From positions 1-52,475 of the IMG/VR virus record IMGVR_UViG_3300024291_000003: a DNA stretch of 52,475 nt. The stretch is one strand, 5' to 3'. The position numbers and the translations under genes were made by a program. The stretch's first letter is position 1. Each line of letters opens with the position of its first letter. Origin of the DNA: a virus. Its lineage: Duplodnaviria; Caudoviricetes. This document shows, in pieces, positions 24,976 to 35,674 of the stretch. The notes under the pieces were generated by a model. It made no database searches, was not told the DNA's origin, and saw nothing but the letters and a program-made list of their open reading frames with translations.

Positions 24976-25574
24976 TGAAGGGTGTTTTTGATTTTGTTGT
25001 AGTTCCTAAAAGCAGCAGATACACTAATACCAAAGATGTAGACGGTAAAGAATTAATATTAAACACTGAGCTTCAAAACCACAACTTTGTATCTAGAGTA
25101 GGTATTGTAGTTATGGTTCCTAGTGTCAACGACATAGGTGTTAACATAGGAGACGAGGTAATATTACATCACAACGTGTTTAGGAGATTTAGAGACATAC
25201 GTGGTATTGAAAAAAACAGCAAGAGCTTTTACAAAGACAATATGTACTTTGTATCACCTTCCCAAATATTTGCTCGTAAAGCGAAAAAAGAATGGGAGCC
25301 TATAAAAGGATTTAACTTTGTAGCGCCTATAAAAGAGGACAAGATGTTCTCTACCGACTTTGAGAAGCCGTTAATAGGCATACTAAAATACAAAGACACT
25401 AGCTTAAAAGTTATGACCGTTGGTGACTTAGTGGGTTTTAGTCCAGGAACAGAATATGAGTTTTTAATTGAAAAACAAAAAATGTATCGAGTTCCTACCA
25501 ATCAAATTACAATTAAATATGAATATCAAGGAAACGAAGAAGAGTATAATCCTAGCTGGGCAGCGGGCGGTTGA
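24975..25574 (+). CDS. Tandem GroES-like (two cpn10-like halves) protein
   Basis: Two repeats of FV.P...G.V/L...GD.V.(H/F)...y.v. Confidence 0.55.
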   Translation: MKGVFDFVVVPKSSRYTNTKDVDGKELILNTELQNHNFVSRVGIVVMVPSVNDIGVNIGDEVILHHNVFRRFRDIRGIEKNSKSFYKDNMYFVSPSQIFARKAKKEWEPIKGFNFVAPIKEDKMFSTDFEKPLIGILKYKDTSLKVMTVGDLVGFSPGTEYEFLIEKQKMYRVPTNQITIKYEYQGNEEEYNPSWAAGG

Positions 25575-25794
25575 AGAGCTAATAAAAGTAGCTAAGGAAC
25601 CTATTGTAGATTCCGACGATGACATATCAGCTGATAGGCTTAAGAATGCGGCAGCCACTAAAAAGCTGGCTATATTCGACGCGTTCGAAATATTATCAAG
25701 AATACAAGAAGAAGAAGCTATATTAGAAAACAAACCTAAAGAGGAAGAAAAGAAGAAAACTTTTTCAGGGTTCGCAGAAAAAAGAAGCAAGTAA
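25519..25794 (+). CDS. Putative terminase small subunit
   Basis: Helical 91-aa protein (start MNIKETK) coupled to the large subunit. Confidence 0.55.
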   Translation: MNIKETKKSIILAGQRAVEELIKVAKEPIVDSDDDISADRLKNAAATKKLAIFDAFEILSRIQEEEAILENKPKEEEKKKTFSGFAEKRSK

Positions 25795-28004
25795 TGTACG
25801 AGCAGACTTTATATAGCGTAATAACTCCCATAAAGCAAACCACAATATCAAGGTTAAATAAAAGCAAAAAATGGAGGTATGGATACAACAAGGAACACGA
25901 TGTTGTTGTTATAAGTAAGACTGGGCAAATTGGTGAAATATACAATATACAGAATTTAAAAATTGCATTGCCAAAAGAACCAGTCAAAATTAATAAGTCT
26001 AGTGATAAGTGGGTAGCAGATGAATACCCGAAAGAGCTAAAACAAATACAAAGTGTTTTTGATTGGCGAGATTATCCTGAAGACTTCAAAGAAAAATGGG
26101 AACCATATATAGATGAACAATTCAAGCGCAGAGAAGAAGGCCATTGGTTCAATAATAAGAGCATGGCTACTTACATTACTGGCACTCACTTTATGTACTT
26201 GCAGTGGAGCAAGATTGACGTTGGGAAACCAGACTTTAGGGAAGCAAACAGACTATTCTTTTTATTCTGGGAGGCTTGCAAGGCAGACTCACGATGTTAC
26301 GGAATGTGTTACCTTAAGAACCGTCGTTCCGGATTTTCATTTATGTCTTCAGCAGAGACCGTTAATATGGCAACAATTACGTCGGATGCACGGTACGGTA
26401 TCTTGTCTAAGTCTGGAGCCGATGCTAAGAAAATGTTCACTGATAAGGTTGTACCAATATCCGTTAACTACCCCTTCTTTTTCAAACCGATCCAGGACGG
26501 TATGGACAGGCCCAAGACCGAACTTGCCTATAGAATCCCAGCCAGTAGACTCACTAGAAAATCCTTACAGAATAAGAAAGATCAGGAGCTCCTCGAGGGT
26601 CTTGATACCACAATCGACTGGAAGAACACGGGTGACAACTCCTACGATGGGGAGAAACTTAAACTCCTCGTCCACGATGAATCGGGTAAATGGGAAAGGC
26701 CGGACAACATCCTCAACAACTGGAGGGTCACGAAAACAACATTAAGACTAGGGGCTAGAATTATCGGTAAGTGTATGATGGGAAGTACATCAAACGCTTT
26801 AGATAAAGGAGGAGAGAACTTCAAAAAACTATATAATGACTCAGACGTTACAAAACGAAACCGCAATGGACAGACTAAGTCAGGATTATATTCTCTGTTC
26901 GTTCCTATGGAATGGAATTACGAAGGATTCATTGATTCTTATGGAATGCCTGTATTCGAAGATCCATCAGAAGATTGCGTTGGACCACACGGAGAGTCTA
27001 TCGAGGTCGGTGTCATCGAACATTGGGATAATGAAGCGGAAGGTTTAAAAGGCGACCAGGATGCTTTAAATGAGTTCTACAGACAGTTTCCTAGAACAGA
27101 AGAACACGCATTTAGAGACGAAACAAAAAATAGTATATTCAATTTAGTAAAAATATACGAACAAATAGATTATAACGAAGATTTAAAAAGCTCAGCAGTA
27201 GTTACTACGGGTAGTTTTAACTGGGAGCATGGTGTTAAAGATAGCAAAGTTATGTTTTCACCAAATCCAAACGGTAGATTTAAAGTTTCTTGGGTTCCTA
27301 AGATTGCTTTACAAAATAAACAAGTGATTAAAAATGGGGTAAGACACCCCGGCAATGATCACATTGGGGCGTTTGGTTGTGATAGCTATGATATATCAGG
27401 AACAACAGATGGGAGAGGATCGAAGGGTGCTTTGCACGGTTTAACTACTTTTAGTATGGAGGATGCACCTCCTAACACTTTCTTTTTAGAATATGTAGCT
27501 AGGCCACAAACCGCTGAAATGTTTTTTGAAGATGTTTTAATGGCATTGGTATTTTATGGAATGCCTATATTATGTGAAAACAATAAACCTAGATTATTGT
27601 ATTATTTAAAGAGACGAGGGTATAGAGGATACTCTATGAATAGACCTGATAAACTTTATAATAAGTTATCTGTAACAGAAAGAGAAATAGGTGGAATACC
27701 AAACTCGTCAGAAGATATAAAGCAAGCTCACGCAGCTGCTATAGAAACTTATATTCAAAATCACGTAGGTGTAACTAGTGATGGAGAATATGGGTCAATG
27801 TACTTTAATAATACCCTGAATGATTGGGCGAAATTTGATATAAATAAAAGAACAAAATTTGATGCCGCTATTAGTTCAGGTTTAGCTATAATGGCGTGCA
27901 ATAGACATCTATATAGACCAAACCCACGAGTTGAAAAACAAAAGTTAAATTTAAGCATTGCAAGGTACAAAAACAACGGTGCAATTTCGAAAATAATAAA
28001 ATAA
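25794..28004 (+). CDS. Terminase large subunit
   Basis: Walker A-like LKNRRSGFS, Walker B LLVHDESGK, motif III GSTSN, nuclease FGCDSYD...FDAAI. Confidence 0.92.
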   Translation: MYEQTLYSVITPIKQTTISRLNKSKKWRYGYNKEHDVVVISKTGQIGEIYNIQNLKIALPKEPVKINKSSDKWVADEYPKELKQIQSVFDWRDYPEDFKEKWEPYIDEQFKRREEGHWFNNKSMATYITGTHFMYLQWSKIDVGKPDFREANRLFFLFWEACKADSRCYGMCYLKNRRSGFSFMSSAETVNMATITSDARYGILSKSGADAKKMFTDKVVPISVNYPFFFKPIQDGMDRPKTELAYRIPASRLTRKSLQNKKDQELLEGLDTTIDWKNTGDNSYDGEKLKLLVHDESGKWERPDNILNNWRVTKTTLRLGARIIGKCMMGSTSNALDKGGENFKKLYNDSDVTKRNRNGQTKSGLYSLFVPMEWNYEGFIDSYGMPVFEDPSEDCVGPHGESIEVGVIEHWDNEAEGLKGDQDALNEFYRQFPRTEEHAFRDETKNSIFNLVKIYEQIDYNEDLKSSAVVTTGSFNWEHGVKDSKVMFSPNPNGRFKVSWVPKIALQNKQVIKNGVRHPGNDHIGAFGCDSYDISGTTDGRGSKGALHGLTTFSMEDAPPNTFFLEYVARPQTAEMFFEDVLMALVFYGMPILCENNKPRLLYYLKRRGYRGYSMNRPDKLYNKLSVTEREIGGIPNSSEDIKQAHAAAIETYIQNHVGVTSDGEYGSMYFNNTLNDWAKFDINKRTKFDAAISSGLAIMACNRHLYRPNPRVEKQKLNLSIARYKNNGAISKIIK

Positions 28005-28006
28005 GT

Positions 28007-30433
28007 ATGGCTGAGTCAGTTATAAATAGTTTTTTCCCAAGCCAAGTTGCTAGCGACGCAGAGAAAGTGTCACCTGAGTATGGATTGAGAGTTGGTAGAG
28101 CTATTCAAGATGAATGGTTTAAATCCGATTCTGGTAGTAATAGATATAAGAGTAATCAAAATACTTTTCATAAGCTGAGGTTATATGCTAGAGGTGAGCA
28201 ACCAATACAAAAGTACAAAGATGAGCTATCAATTAACGGTGACTTGTCTTACTTAAATATAGACTGGAAGCCTGTTCCTATAATACCTAAGTTTGTAGAC
28301 ATCGTTGTTAACGGAATATCTGAAAGAGCTTTTGATATAAAAGCACACACGCAAGATCCTTATGGTGTTTCAAAAAGAACTAAATATTTAGAAAGTATAA
28401 TAAGAGATATACAAACTAAAGAGATTAATGACTTTGCGCAAGAAAACTTCGGTGTAAATTTATATGAAAACCCACCTGAAATGCTACCAGACTCTAAAGA
28501 AGAGTTGGATGTTCACATGCAGTTAACTTATAAGCAAGCTGTAGAGATCGCTGAAGAGCAAGCAATAAACGTTTTACTGGAGGGTAATCATTACGATTTA
28601 ACAAAGAAAAGAGTTACCTACGATTTAGCAACCATAGGTATTGGTGCTGTGAAAAACAGATTCTCTAAATCCGAAGGAGTTGTAATAGATTATGTAGATC
28701 CTGCTAATTTAGTTTGGTCACACACAGATTCACCTTACTTTGACGATATATATTATTGTGGGGAAGTTAAAGACGTTGCTATTAATGACTTAAAAAAGCA
28801 ATTTCCAGAATTAACAGGTGAAGATTTAAAAAGCATATCAAGACAAGGATACCAGAACAACGGTTTCTATGACAGATCGCTTTCTAATTATAACGAATCA
28901 GATTCAAATACAGTTCAAGTTTTGTATTTCAACTACAAGACATACATGAACGAGGTTTATAAAATAAAAGAAACAGCTACAGGAGCATCTAAAGTTTTAT
29001 TAAGAGATGATACTTTTGATCCACCAGTAGAAGTGCTTGAGCAGCAGTTTGGTAAATTATCAAGGTCTATTGAAGTATTATATGAAGGTGTTTTAATATT
29101 GGGTACAGACTATTTACTTAAATGGGAGTTAGCCAAGAATATGATGCGACCTAAAAGCGACAGCGCTAAAGTATATTTGAATTACAGTATAAACGCACCT
29201 AGAATGTACAAAGGGCGTATAGAATCTTTAGTTAGTAGAATAACTGGGTTTGCTGATATGATACAGCTAACACATTTAAAATTACAGCAAGTGTTATCTA
29301 GAATGGTTCCTGATGGCGTTTATTTAGATGCTGATGGCTTGGCTGAGATTGATTTAGGTAATGGAACAAATTACAATCCCCAAGAGGCTTTAAATATGTT
29401 CTTTCAAACAGGTTCTGTTATCGGTAGATCTTTCACACAAGAAGGAGATATGAATCCGGGCAAAGTACCTATTCAAGAAATAACAAGCGGAAGTGGTGGT
29501 AATAAATTAGGAGCTTTAATTAACACCTATAATTATTACTTACAAATGATACGTGATGTCACTGGGTTAAACGAAGCAAGAGATGGTAGTATGCCTGATT
29601 CTAAATCTTTAGTGGGCATACAAAAAATCGCAGCGGCAAATAGTAATACAGCTACAAGACACATATTAGAAGGAGGACTTTATATAACTGCGCATCTAGC
29701 GGAGTGTCTGTCGCTTAGAATATCAGATATTATAGAATATTCACCAGCCAGGGATGCTTTTATACAAAAGATAGGATCTCATAATGTTGCTACGCTAGCT
29801 GAAATGGGTAATTTACATTTGTATGATTTTGGTATATTCTTAACACTTATGCCAGACGAAGAGCAAAAGCAAATATTAGAGAACAACATACAGACAGCTT
29901 TATCAGCAGGTTTAATAGACTTGGATGATGCTATAGATATAAGAGACGTTCAGAACCTAAAGTTAGCTAATCAATTGCTAAAGGTTAAACGACGTAAGAA
30001 ACAAGAGCGTGATCAATTGATTCAGCAGCAAAACATTCAAGCACAGGCGCAAGCAAACGCTCAAGCTCAACAAGTAGCTGCTCAAGCTGAGATTCAAAAG
30101 AATCAAGCATTAATAGCGCAAAAAGCAGAACTAGTCCAATTAGAAGGCCAACTGGATCTACAAAAACTTCAAGCAGAAGTGGAAGCTAAAAAAGAATTAA
30201 TGGCTCAAGAGTTTCAGTACAACATGCAACTAAAAGGCATGGAAACACAAAATAATAAAAGTAGAGAGTCTCAAAGAGAAGATAGAAAAGACGATAGATC
30301 TAAAATGGAGGCATCTCAACAAAGTGAATTAATAGAACAAAGAAAAAACAATACACCACCAAAAAACTTTGAATCCGGCGGAAACGACATAATTGGCGGT
30401 GGATTTGACTTAGGTACCTTTGATCCTAAGTAA
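28007..30433 (+). CDS. Portal protein
   Basis: 808 aa after TerL; PIIPKFVDIVVNG, DVTGLNEARDG; C-terminal Q-rich barrel coiled coil (podovirus-like). Confidence 0.85.
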   Translation: MAESVINSFFPSQVASDAEKVSPEYGLRVGRAIQDEWFKSDSGSNRYKSNQNTFHKLRLYARGEQPIQKYKDELSINGDLSYLNIDWKPVPIIPKFVDIVVNGISERAFDIKAHTQDPYGVSKRTKYLESIIRDIQTKEINDFAQENFGVNLYENPPEMLPDSKEELDVHMQLTYKQAVEIAEEQAINVLLEGNHYDLTKKRVTYDLATIGIGAVKNRFSKSEGVVIDYVDPANLVWSHTDSPYFDDIYYCGEVKDVAINDLKKQFPELTGEDLKSISRQGYQNNGFYDRSLSNYNESDSNTVQVLYFNYKTYMNEVYKIKETATGASKVLLRDDTFDPPVEVLEQQFGKLSRSIEVLYEGVLILGTDYLLKWELAKNMMRPKSDSAKVYLNYSINAPRMYKGRIESLVSRITGFADMIQLTHLKLQQVLSRMVPDGVYLDADGLAEIDLGNGTNYNPQEALNMFFQTGSVIGRSFTQEGDMNPGKVPIQEITSGSGGNKLGALINTYNYYLQMIRDVTGLNEARDGSMPDSKSLVGIQKIAAANSNTATRHILEGGLYITAHLAECLSLRISDIIEYSPARDAFIQKIGSHNVATLAEMGNLHLYDFGIFLTLMPDEEQKQILENNIQTALSAGLIDLDDAIDIRDVQNLKLANQLLKVKRRKKQERDQLIQQQNIQAQAQANAQAQQVAAQAEIQKNQALIAQKAELVQLEGQLDLQKLQAEVEAKKELMAQEFQYNMQLKGMETQNNKSRESQREDRKDDRSKMEASQQSELIEQRKNNTPPKNFESGGNDIIGGGFDLGTFDPK

Positions 30434-30466
30434 TAATAGTAATGTATAATTATATAATATTTTATC

Positions 30467-31624
30467 ATGTCAGAAAACCTAGAAGAAGTTCTTGACACCC
30501 AAGAGGAAGCGCAAGAACAAACTACCAATGAACAAGAGGTAGTAGAAGAAAAACCCACAGGCCCTATTTCGCAAGACGAAGAGGGAGTTATAAAAGTCAA
30601 TTTAAGTGACTTAAACAAACCAGAAGAACCTGAAGCTGTAGAAGAAGTTGTAGAGCAAGAAGAAACTGAAAATTTAGATACCACAGAAAGCGAGAGTATA
30701 TTAGAGGAGGTAACTGAAGAACAGGTTGAAGCTGTAGCTGAAGAACTTGAAGAACAGGTTGAGCAAGCTATAGTTGAGCAATCAGCAGGTATAGATCTAC
30801 CAGATAATATACAGAAGGTTGTTGAATTCATGAACGAAACAGGGGGTAGCTTACAGGACTACGTCAAGCTAAACACCGACTACGCATCATTAAACGATTC
30901 GCAACTAATACGCGAGTATTACGAAACTACCAAACCTCATTTAGATAAAGAAGATATTGAGGTATTGATGGAAGACTTCTCGTATGACGAAGAGATAGAT
31001 GAGCCTAAAGACATTAGAAAAGCAAAAATAGCTTTTAAAGAAGAGGCTGCAAAAGCAAAGAAGCACTTAGACGGATTAAAGTCTAAATACTACGAAGAAA
31101 TTAAAGCTGGGTCTAGGTTAAACCCTGATCAGTTAAAAGCAGTTGATTTTTTCAACCGCTATAATAAAGAAAACGAAGAGGCTACGAAACTAGCTACTTC
31201 AAAAAAAGAAATATTTTTATCTAAGACCAATAACGTTTTTAACGAGGATTTCAAAGGTTTTGATTATTCAGTTGGAGACAAAAAGTATAGGTTTAAAATT
31301 AAAAATACAAATGACGTAAAGGATACCCAAAGCGACATTAATAATTTCGTCAAGAAGTTCTTGAATGATAAAAACGAAATGTCAGATGCTAAGGGTTACC
31401 ATAAGTCATTATTTACAGCTATGAATGCTGACGCAATAGCGAATCATTTTTACGAGCAAGGTAAAGCCGACGCCGTTAAATCTAGTATGTCACGAAATAA
31501 GAATGTTGATATGGACCCAAGACGGGGACATGATAAGAACTCAGCAACAAATGGGTGGACTGTACGTTCGGTTCCTAGTGATGCGAAAAGCGCAAATAGC
31601 TTTAAGATTAAAAAAAGGAAATAA
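30467..31624 (+). CDS. Capsid scaffolding protein
   Basis: Very acidic N-terminus, helical, located between portal and capsid genes. Confidence 0.7.
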   Translation: MSENLEEVLDTQEEAQEQTTNEQEVVEEKPTGPISQDEEGVIKVNLSDLNKPEEPEAVEEVVEQEETENLDTTESESILEEVTEEQVEAVAEELEEQVEQAIVEQSAGIDLPDNIQKVVEFMNETGGSLQDYVKLNTDYASLNDSQLIREYYETTKPHLDKEDIEVLMEDFSYDEEIDEPKDIRKAKIAFKEEAAKAKKHLDGLKSKYYEEIKAGSRLNPDQLKAVDFFNRYNKENEEATKLATSKKEIFLSKTNNVFNEDFKGFDYSVGDKKYRFKIKNTNDVKDTQSDINNFVKKFLNDKNEMSDAKGYHKSLFTAMNADAIANHFYEQGKADAVKSSMSRNKNVDMDPRRGHDKNSATNGWTVRSVPSDAKSANSFKIKKRK

Positions 31625-31646
31625 TTAACCATTAAAAATTAATAAA

Positions 31647-33068
31647 ATGGGAGACTTTACAGGAAGTGCTTCGGCGCTTCAACACTTAACACCACGACCA
31701 ATTAAAGGATTGTTTGGAGACAATTACCTTTCTGTCGCGGATATGGATTTTACACAACAGTTTTTACCTGAGGTGTATGAAAAAGAAGTAGAAAGATACG
31801 GTAACCGTACGATTTCTGGATTCTTAAGAATGGTAGGAGCGGAAATGCCAATGGCATCTGACGTTATTACATGGTCTGAGCAAGGACGTTTACACATCGC
31901 TTATGATGACGTAACTGCAAATGACGCAACTACTTTAACTTTTCCAGCTGGGCATTTAATCGGGAAAGGAATGACTATCGTTGTTTCTAAAGGATTTGAT
32001 ACTCAAAAGGCTTATGTACAAGATGTAGTAGGAAACGTTGTTACTGTAGATACTTACGGTGCTGCTTCTGGACTTACTGTTACAGGTGCTGATGTAAAAG
32101 TATTTGTATATGGTTCTGAATATGCTAAAGGTACGTCTCAAGCAGGTAATTCTGTTGACGCTTCTTTTACAACTTTCAACAACAAACCAATTATCCTTAG
32201 AGATAAGTATAATGTGAATGGTTCTGATGTTGCTCAAATTGGTTGGGTAGAAGTAACTACTGAAGCTGGAACTTCTGGATACTTATGGTATTTAAAATCT
32301 GAGCACGAAGCTAGAATTCGTTTTGAAGATCAATTAGAAATGGCTATGGTTGAAGCTGAAAAATCAACAGACGGTGCAGGTAACGTAAGAAACATTGCTG
32401 CAGCTGCTGGATTTGGCGGTGGAGCAAACGTAACTGGATCTGAAGGTTTATTTGCTGCTTTAGAAGATAGAGGATTAGTTTATACTAATGCTGACTTTGG
32501 AGCTGCTGGTGGAGCTGGTCTTGCTGATTTCGATACTATTCTTAATGAGCTAGACAAACAAGGAGCTATTGAAGAGAACATGCTTTTCTTAGATAGAGGA
32601 ACTTCTTTAGAGATTGACAATATGCTAGCACAACAAAATTCTTACGGAGCTGGAGGTACATCTTACGGTGTATTCGATAACTCAGAAGATATGGCGTTGA
32701 ACCTAGGATTCTCAGGATTCCGTAGAGGATCTTACGATTTCTATAAAACTGATTGGAAATATCTAAACGATTCTACAACACGTGGATTAGTTGCAGATGT
32801 TGAAGGTGTATTAGTACCAGCAGGAACTTCTACAGTTTACGATCAGCAATTAGGGAAGAACATTTCAAGACCATTCTTACACATCCGTTACAGAGCTTCT
32901 GAAGCTGATGATCGTAGAATGAAATCTTGGGTAACTGGATCAGTAGGAGGTAACTATACTTCTGACGCTGATGAGATGAATGTTCATTTCTTATCTGAGA
33001 GAGCTTTATGTGTACAAGCTGCTAACAACTTTGTATTATTCAAAGGAGCTGCTGCACCACAAGGGTAG
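31647..33068 (+). CDS. Major capsid protein
   Basis: 473 aa after the scaffold; QQFLPEVYEKEVERYGNR, WSEQGRLH; codon bias (GCT/ACT/GGT) suggests high expression; followed by a hairpin. Confidence 0.85.
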   Translation: MGDFTGSASALQHLTPRPIKGLFGDNYLSVADMDFTQQFLPEVYEKEVERYGNRTISGFLRMVGAEMPMASDVITWSEQGRLHIAYDDVTANDATTLTFPAGHLIGKGMTIVVSKGFDTQKAYVQDVVGNVVTVDTYGAASGLTVTGADVKVFVYGSEYAKGTSQAGNSVDASFTTFNNKPIILRDKYNVNGSDVAQIGWVEVTTEAGTSGYLWYLKSEHEARIRFEDQLEMAMVEAEKSTDGAGNVRNIAAAAGFGGGANVTGSEGLFAALEDRGLVYTNADFGAAGGAGLADFDTILNELDKQGAIEENMLFLDRGTSLEIDNMLAQQNSYGAGGTSYGVFDNSEDMALNLGFSGFRRGSYDFYKTDWKYLNDSTTRGLVADVEGVLVPAGTSTVYDQQLGKNISRPFLHIRYRASEADDRRMKSWVTGSVGGNYTSDADEMNVHFLSERALCVQAANNFVLFKGAAAPQG

Positions 33069-33082
33069 ATTACAAGTAATTC

Positions 33083-33109
33083 TTACCCTCGTTGAACTGA
33101 CGGGGGTAA
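33083..33109 (+). terminator. Hairpin/terminator after the capsid gene
   Basis: TTACCCTCGT-TGAACTG-ACGGGGGTAA followed by a T-rich tract. Confidence 0.7.
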
Positions 33110-33142
33110 TTATTACTCTTATTAATTTTATTATATTATATC

Positions 33143-33910
33143 ATGGCAAAAAAAGAAAAAGCTCCAGTACAAGATGTATGGGAAGCAAAAGATAGATTAT
33201 ATACGCTTAAAAATAACAAGCGTCCTCTAGTATTTACCGTACCTTCAAGGCACAGTGCTAAAAAACCTTTATTATGGTTTGACGAAGAAAAGGGATACCA
33301 AAGAGAATTAAAGTACGCAACAAACCAACCTAGTCCATTTGTTGATGAGCACAAAGGAACAGCTACGTTAGGGCGTATAGTTTTTAGAGACGGTGCATTA
33401 ACCGTACCAAAACAAAACCAGGTTTTACAAAAATTACTTTCTTTATATCATCCAATGAAAGAGTTGGTATGGGAAGAGTATAAACCTCAGCAACAAGCTG
33501 CAAGTCAACTAGATTGGATTGAAGCTGAAATAACCGCACTTAACTTAGCTAAATCTCTTGAAGTAGAAGAGCTTGAAGCTATATTAAGAGTTGAATTCGG
33601 TACCAAGGTAAATGATTTATCTAGTAGTGAATTAAAAAGAGACGGTTTAATATTTGCAAAAAGAAACCCAATACTATTTGTTGAATTAGCTAATGACGAT
33701 AACGTCAAGTTAAGAAACTTTGGTATTAAAGCTGTAGAAGCTAAAATAATTAAACTATCACAGAATCAAAGATCATTTACTTACGGAGATGGTGATAGAA
33801 AACTTATGGCTGTACCTTTTGACGAAAACCCATATTCAGCACTAGCTGCATGGTTTAAAACCGACGAAGGAGTAGAAGTTTATAAGGCAATTGAAAAAAG
33901 ACTTAAATAG
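33143..33910 (+). CDS. Conserved hypothetical protein following the capsid gene
   Basis: 255-aa ORF in the structural module. Confidence 0.75.
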   Translation: MAKKEKAPVQDVWEAKDRLYTLKNNKRPLVFTVPSRHSAKKPLLWFDEEKGYQRELKYATNQPSPFVDEHKGTATLGRIVFRDGALTVPKQNQVLQKLLSLYHPMKELVWEEYKPQQQAASQLDWIEAEITALNLAKSLEVEELEAILRVEFGTKVNDLSSSELKRDGLIFAKRNPILFVELANDDNVKLRNFGIKAVEAKIIKLSQNQRSFTYGDGDRKLMAVPFDENPYSALAAWFKTDEGVEVYKAIEKRLK

Positions 33911-33916
33911 TCATTC

Positions 33917-33955
33917 ATAGTGGTTAGGCCATCGTATGGGTGGCCTAATTACTAT
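33917..33955 (+). terminator. Intergenic hairpin (terminator or processing site)
   Basis: ATAGTGGTTAGGCCATC-GTATG-GGTGGCCTAATTACTAT. Confidence 0.6.
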
Positions 33956-33967
33956 AAATAAAGAAAT

Positions 33968-34756
33968 ATGAGCGTAAGTATAGATACTGTTTATCAAAGA
34001 GTACTAGGTATACTCAACAAAGAACAACGAGGGTATGTTACGCCTCAGGAATTTAACTTGTTCGCTAATCAGGCACAGCTTGATTTATTCGAACAATACT
34101 TTTATGATATAAATCAATTTAGCAGAATGCCAGGTAACGACACTGCTTACTCTGACATGCTAACTGTGCTACAGGAAAAAATAGCTATATTCGAAAAAAG
34201 AGCACCTTTGACTTTCCTAAATAGTTCAAATGGAACTTGGACTTACCCCTCGGATATGTACCGAAAGGGTACTGTTATTTATTCTCATAAAACAATAAGA
34301 GATTTATATCCCTCCCCGACGCAAATCGCGAACTATCCATTAAATAATCCAACTGTCTATAGACAAGAGCTAAGTGAAGACATTGAGGTTGAAAGAATAA
34401 ATGCTAATGAGTTTTTATATATCAACTCGTCTCCCCTTACGAAACCAAAAAACATTAGACCAGTATATGTGGCGGATGAAAGAGGGTTTAAAGCTTATGG
34501 CGATGCAGAATTGAAAACCAATATAGATTTAATTTATATAAAAGAACCTGTCAAAGTAGAGTGGAGATACCAAATGGTATACGGTGAGGCTTTGTACGAT
34601 GCTACCTATTCTGTAGATTTTGAACTACACCCATCTGAAGAGACGGAGTTGGTTATTAAAATATTAGAACTGGCTGGCTTGTTAGTTAAAGATATACAAA
34701 TGTATCAAATAGCTGCAGGAGAAGAGGTTAGAAACACACAACAAGAAAAAGCTTAA
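33968..34756 (+). CDS. Tail ring/adaptor protein
   Basis: LNKEQRGY.TPQEFN.FANQAQ; position typical of tail tubular/ring proteins. Confidence 0.65.
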   Translation: MSVSIDTVYQRVLGILNKEQRGYVTPQEFNLFANQAQLDLFEQYFYDINQFSRMPGNDTAYSDMLTVLQEKIAIFEKRAPLTFLNSSNGTWTYPSDMYRKGTVIYSHKTIRDLYPSPTQIANYPLNNPTVYRQELSEDIEVERINANEFLYINSSPLTKPKNIRPVYVADERGFKAYGDAELKTNIDLIYIKEPVKVEWRYQMVYGEALYDATYSVDFELHPSEETELVIKILELAGLLVKDIQMYQIAAGEEVRNTQQEKA

Positions 34757-34759
34757 CAG

Positions 34760-35671
34760 ATGGGATTACTATATCAAAATAACGAACAATACTACTTAGG
34801 ACCGGATGGTATTTGGAACAGCTACGACGAAAACTACGGTGATTATCAAGCCATAACCATAAAGGATATAGTAAACAATTTTATAATATCTTATGTAGGC
34901 GAAGGTAAACTTATAAGTAAGATAAAAAGAACTGATGTAGCTTTTCATGCTCAGCGTGGATTAGCTGAAATGAGTTTCGATATATTACCTAGTTCTAAAT
35001 ATATAGAAGTTGAAGTAGGACCATCATTATCAGTTCCATTGCCGCAAGATTTTGTAGGCTATATTAAAATAGCAACTGTAGATGATTCAGGAATCGAAAG
35101 AATATTATACCCAGCTAGAAAGACAGGAGATCCTTTGCCTTATGTGCAGGATTACAATTATGAATACATATTCGACGAGCAAAGTCGAGAAATAGTAACA
35201 GCAACCCCATCCGAAAGTTTTAAAAGATTTAGAGGAGATGGAGCACCGCTTGAATCAGAATACCAAGGTTTAAGTAATCCAGACTTAATACAGAGCGGAG
35301 CAAAAGGCGGTAGATACGGATTAGATCCACAATATTCACAAACCAACGGGGTATTCTTTATAGACCCTATAAAAGGTTTAATGCATTTTAGCTCTAACGT
35401 ATGCGGTCAAATTATAACTATTAGATATGTTTCAGATGGATTAGCTACAGATGCAGAAAGCAAGATACATAAGTTTGCGGAAGAAGCTCTGTATAAGTAT
35501 ATAGCTTACGCTATATTATCTACACGCCCACAAATACCAGAATATGTAGTATTAAGATACAAGAAAGAAGCGAGAGCAGCTAAAAGAAACGCTAAACTAA
35601 GACTATCTAATTTTAAACTTGAAGAATTTACTCAAATATTAAGAGGCAAGTCTAAGCAAATAAAACACTAA
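34760..35671 (+). CDS. Tail ring/adaptor protein
   Basis: LPQDFVGY.KI, I.YVSDG, KFAEEALYKYI. Confidence 0.65.
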   Translation: MGLLYQNNEQYYLGPDGIWNSYDENYGDYQAITIKDIVNNFIISYVGEGKLISKIKRTDVAFHAQRGLAEMSFDILPSSKYIEVEVGPSLSVPLPQDFVGYIKIATVDDSGIERILYPARKTGDPLPYVQDYNYEYIFDEQSREIVTATPSESFKRFRGDGAPLESEYQGLSNPDLIQSGAKGGRYGLDPQYSQTNGVFFIDPIKGLMHFSSNVCGQIITIRYVSDGLATDAESKIHKFAEEALYKYIAYAILSTRPQIPEYVVLRYKKEARAAKRNAKLRLSNFKLEEFTQILRGKSKQIKH

Positions 35672-35674
35672 AAT

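Noticed and set aside
26113-26745. 210-aa alternative-frame ORF inside terL
   Set aside because: Overlaps the conserved ATPase core in a locally GC-richer stretch and has no recognisable motifs; treated as a shadow ORF
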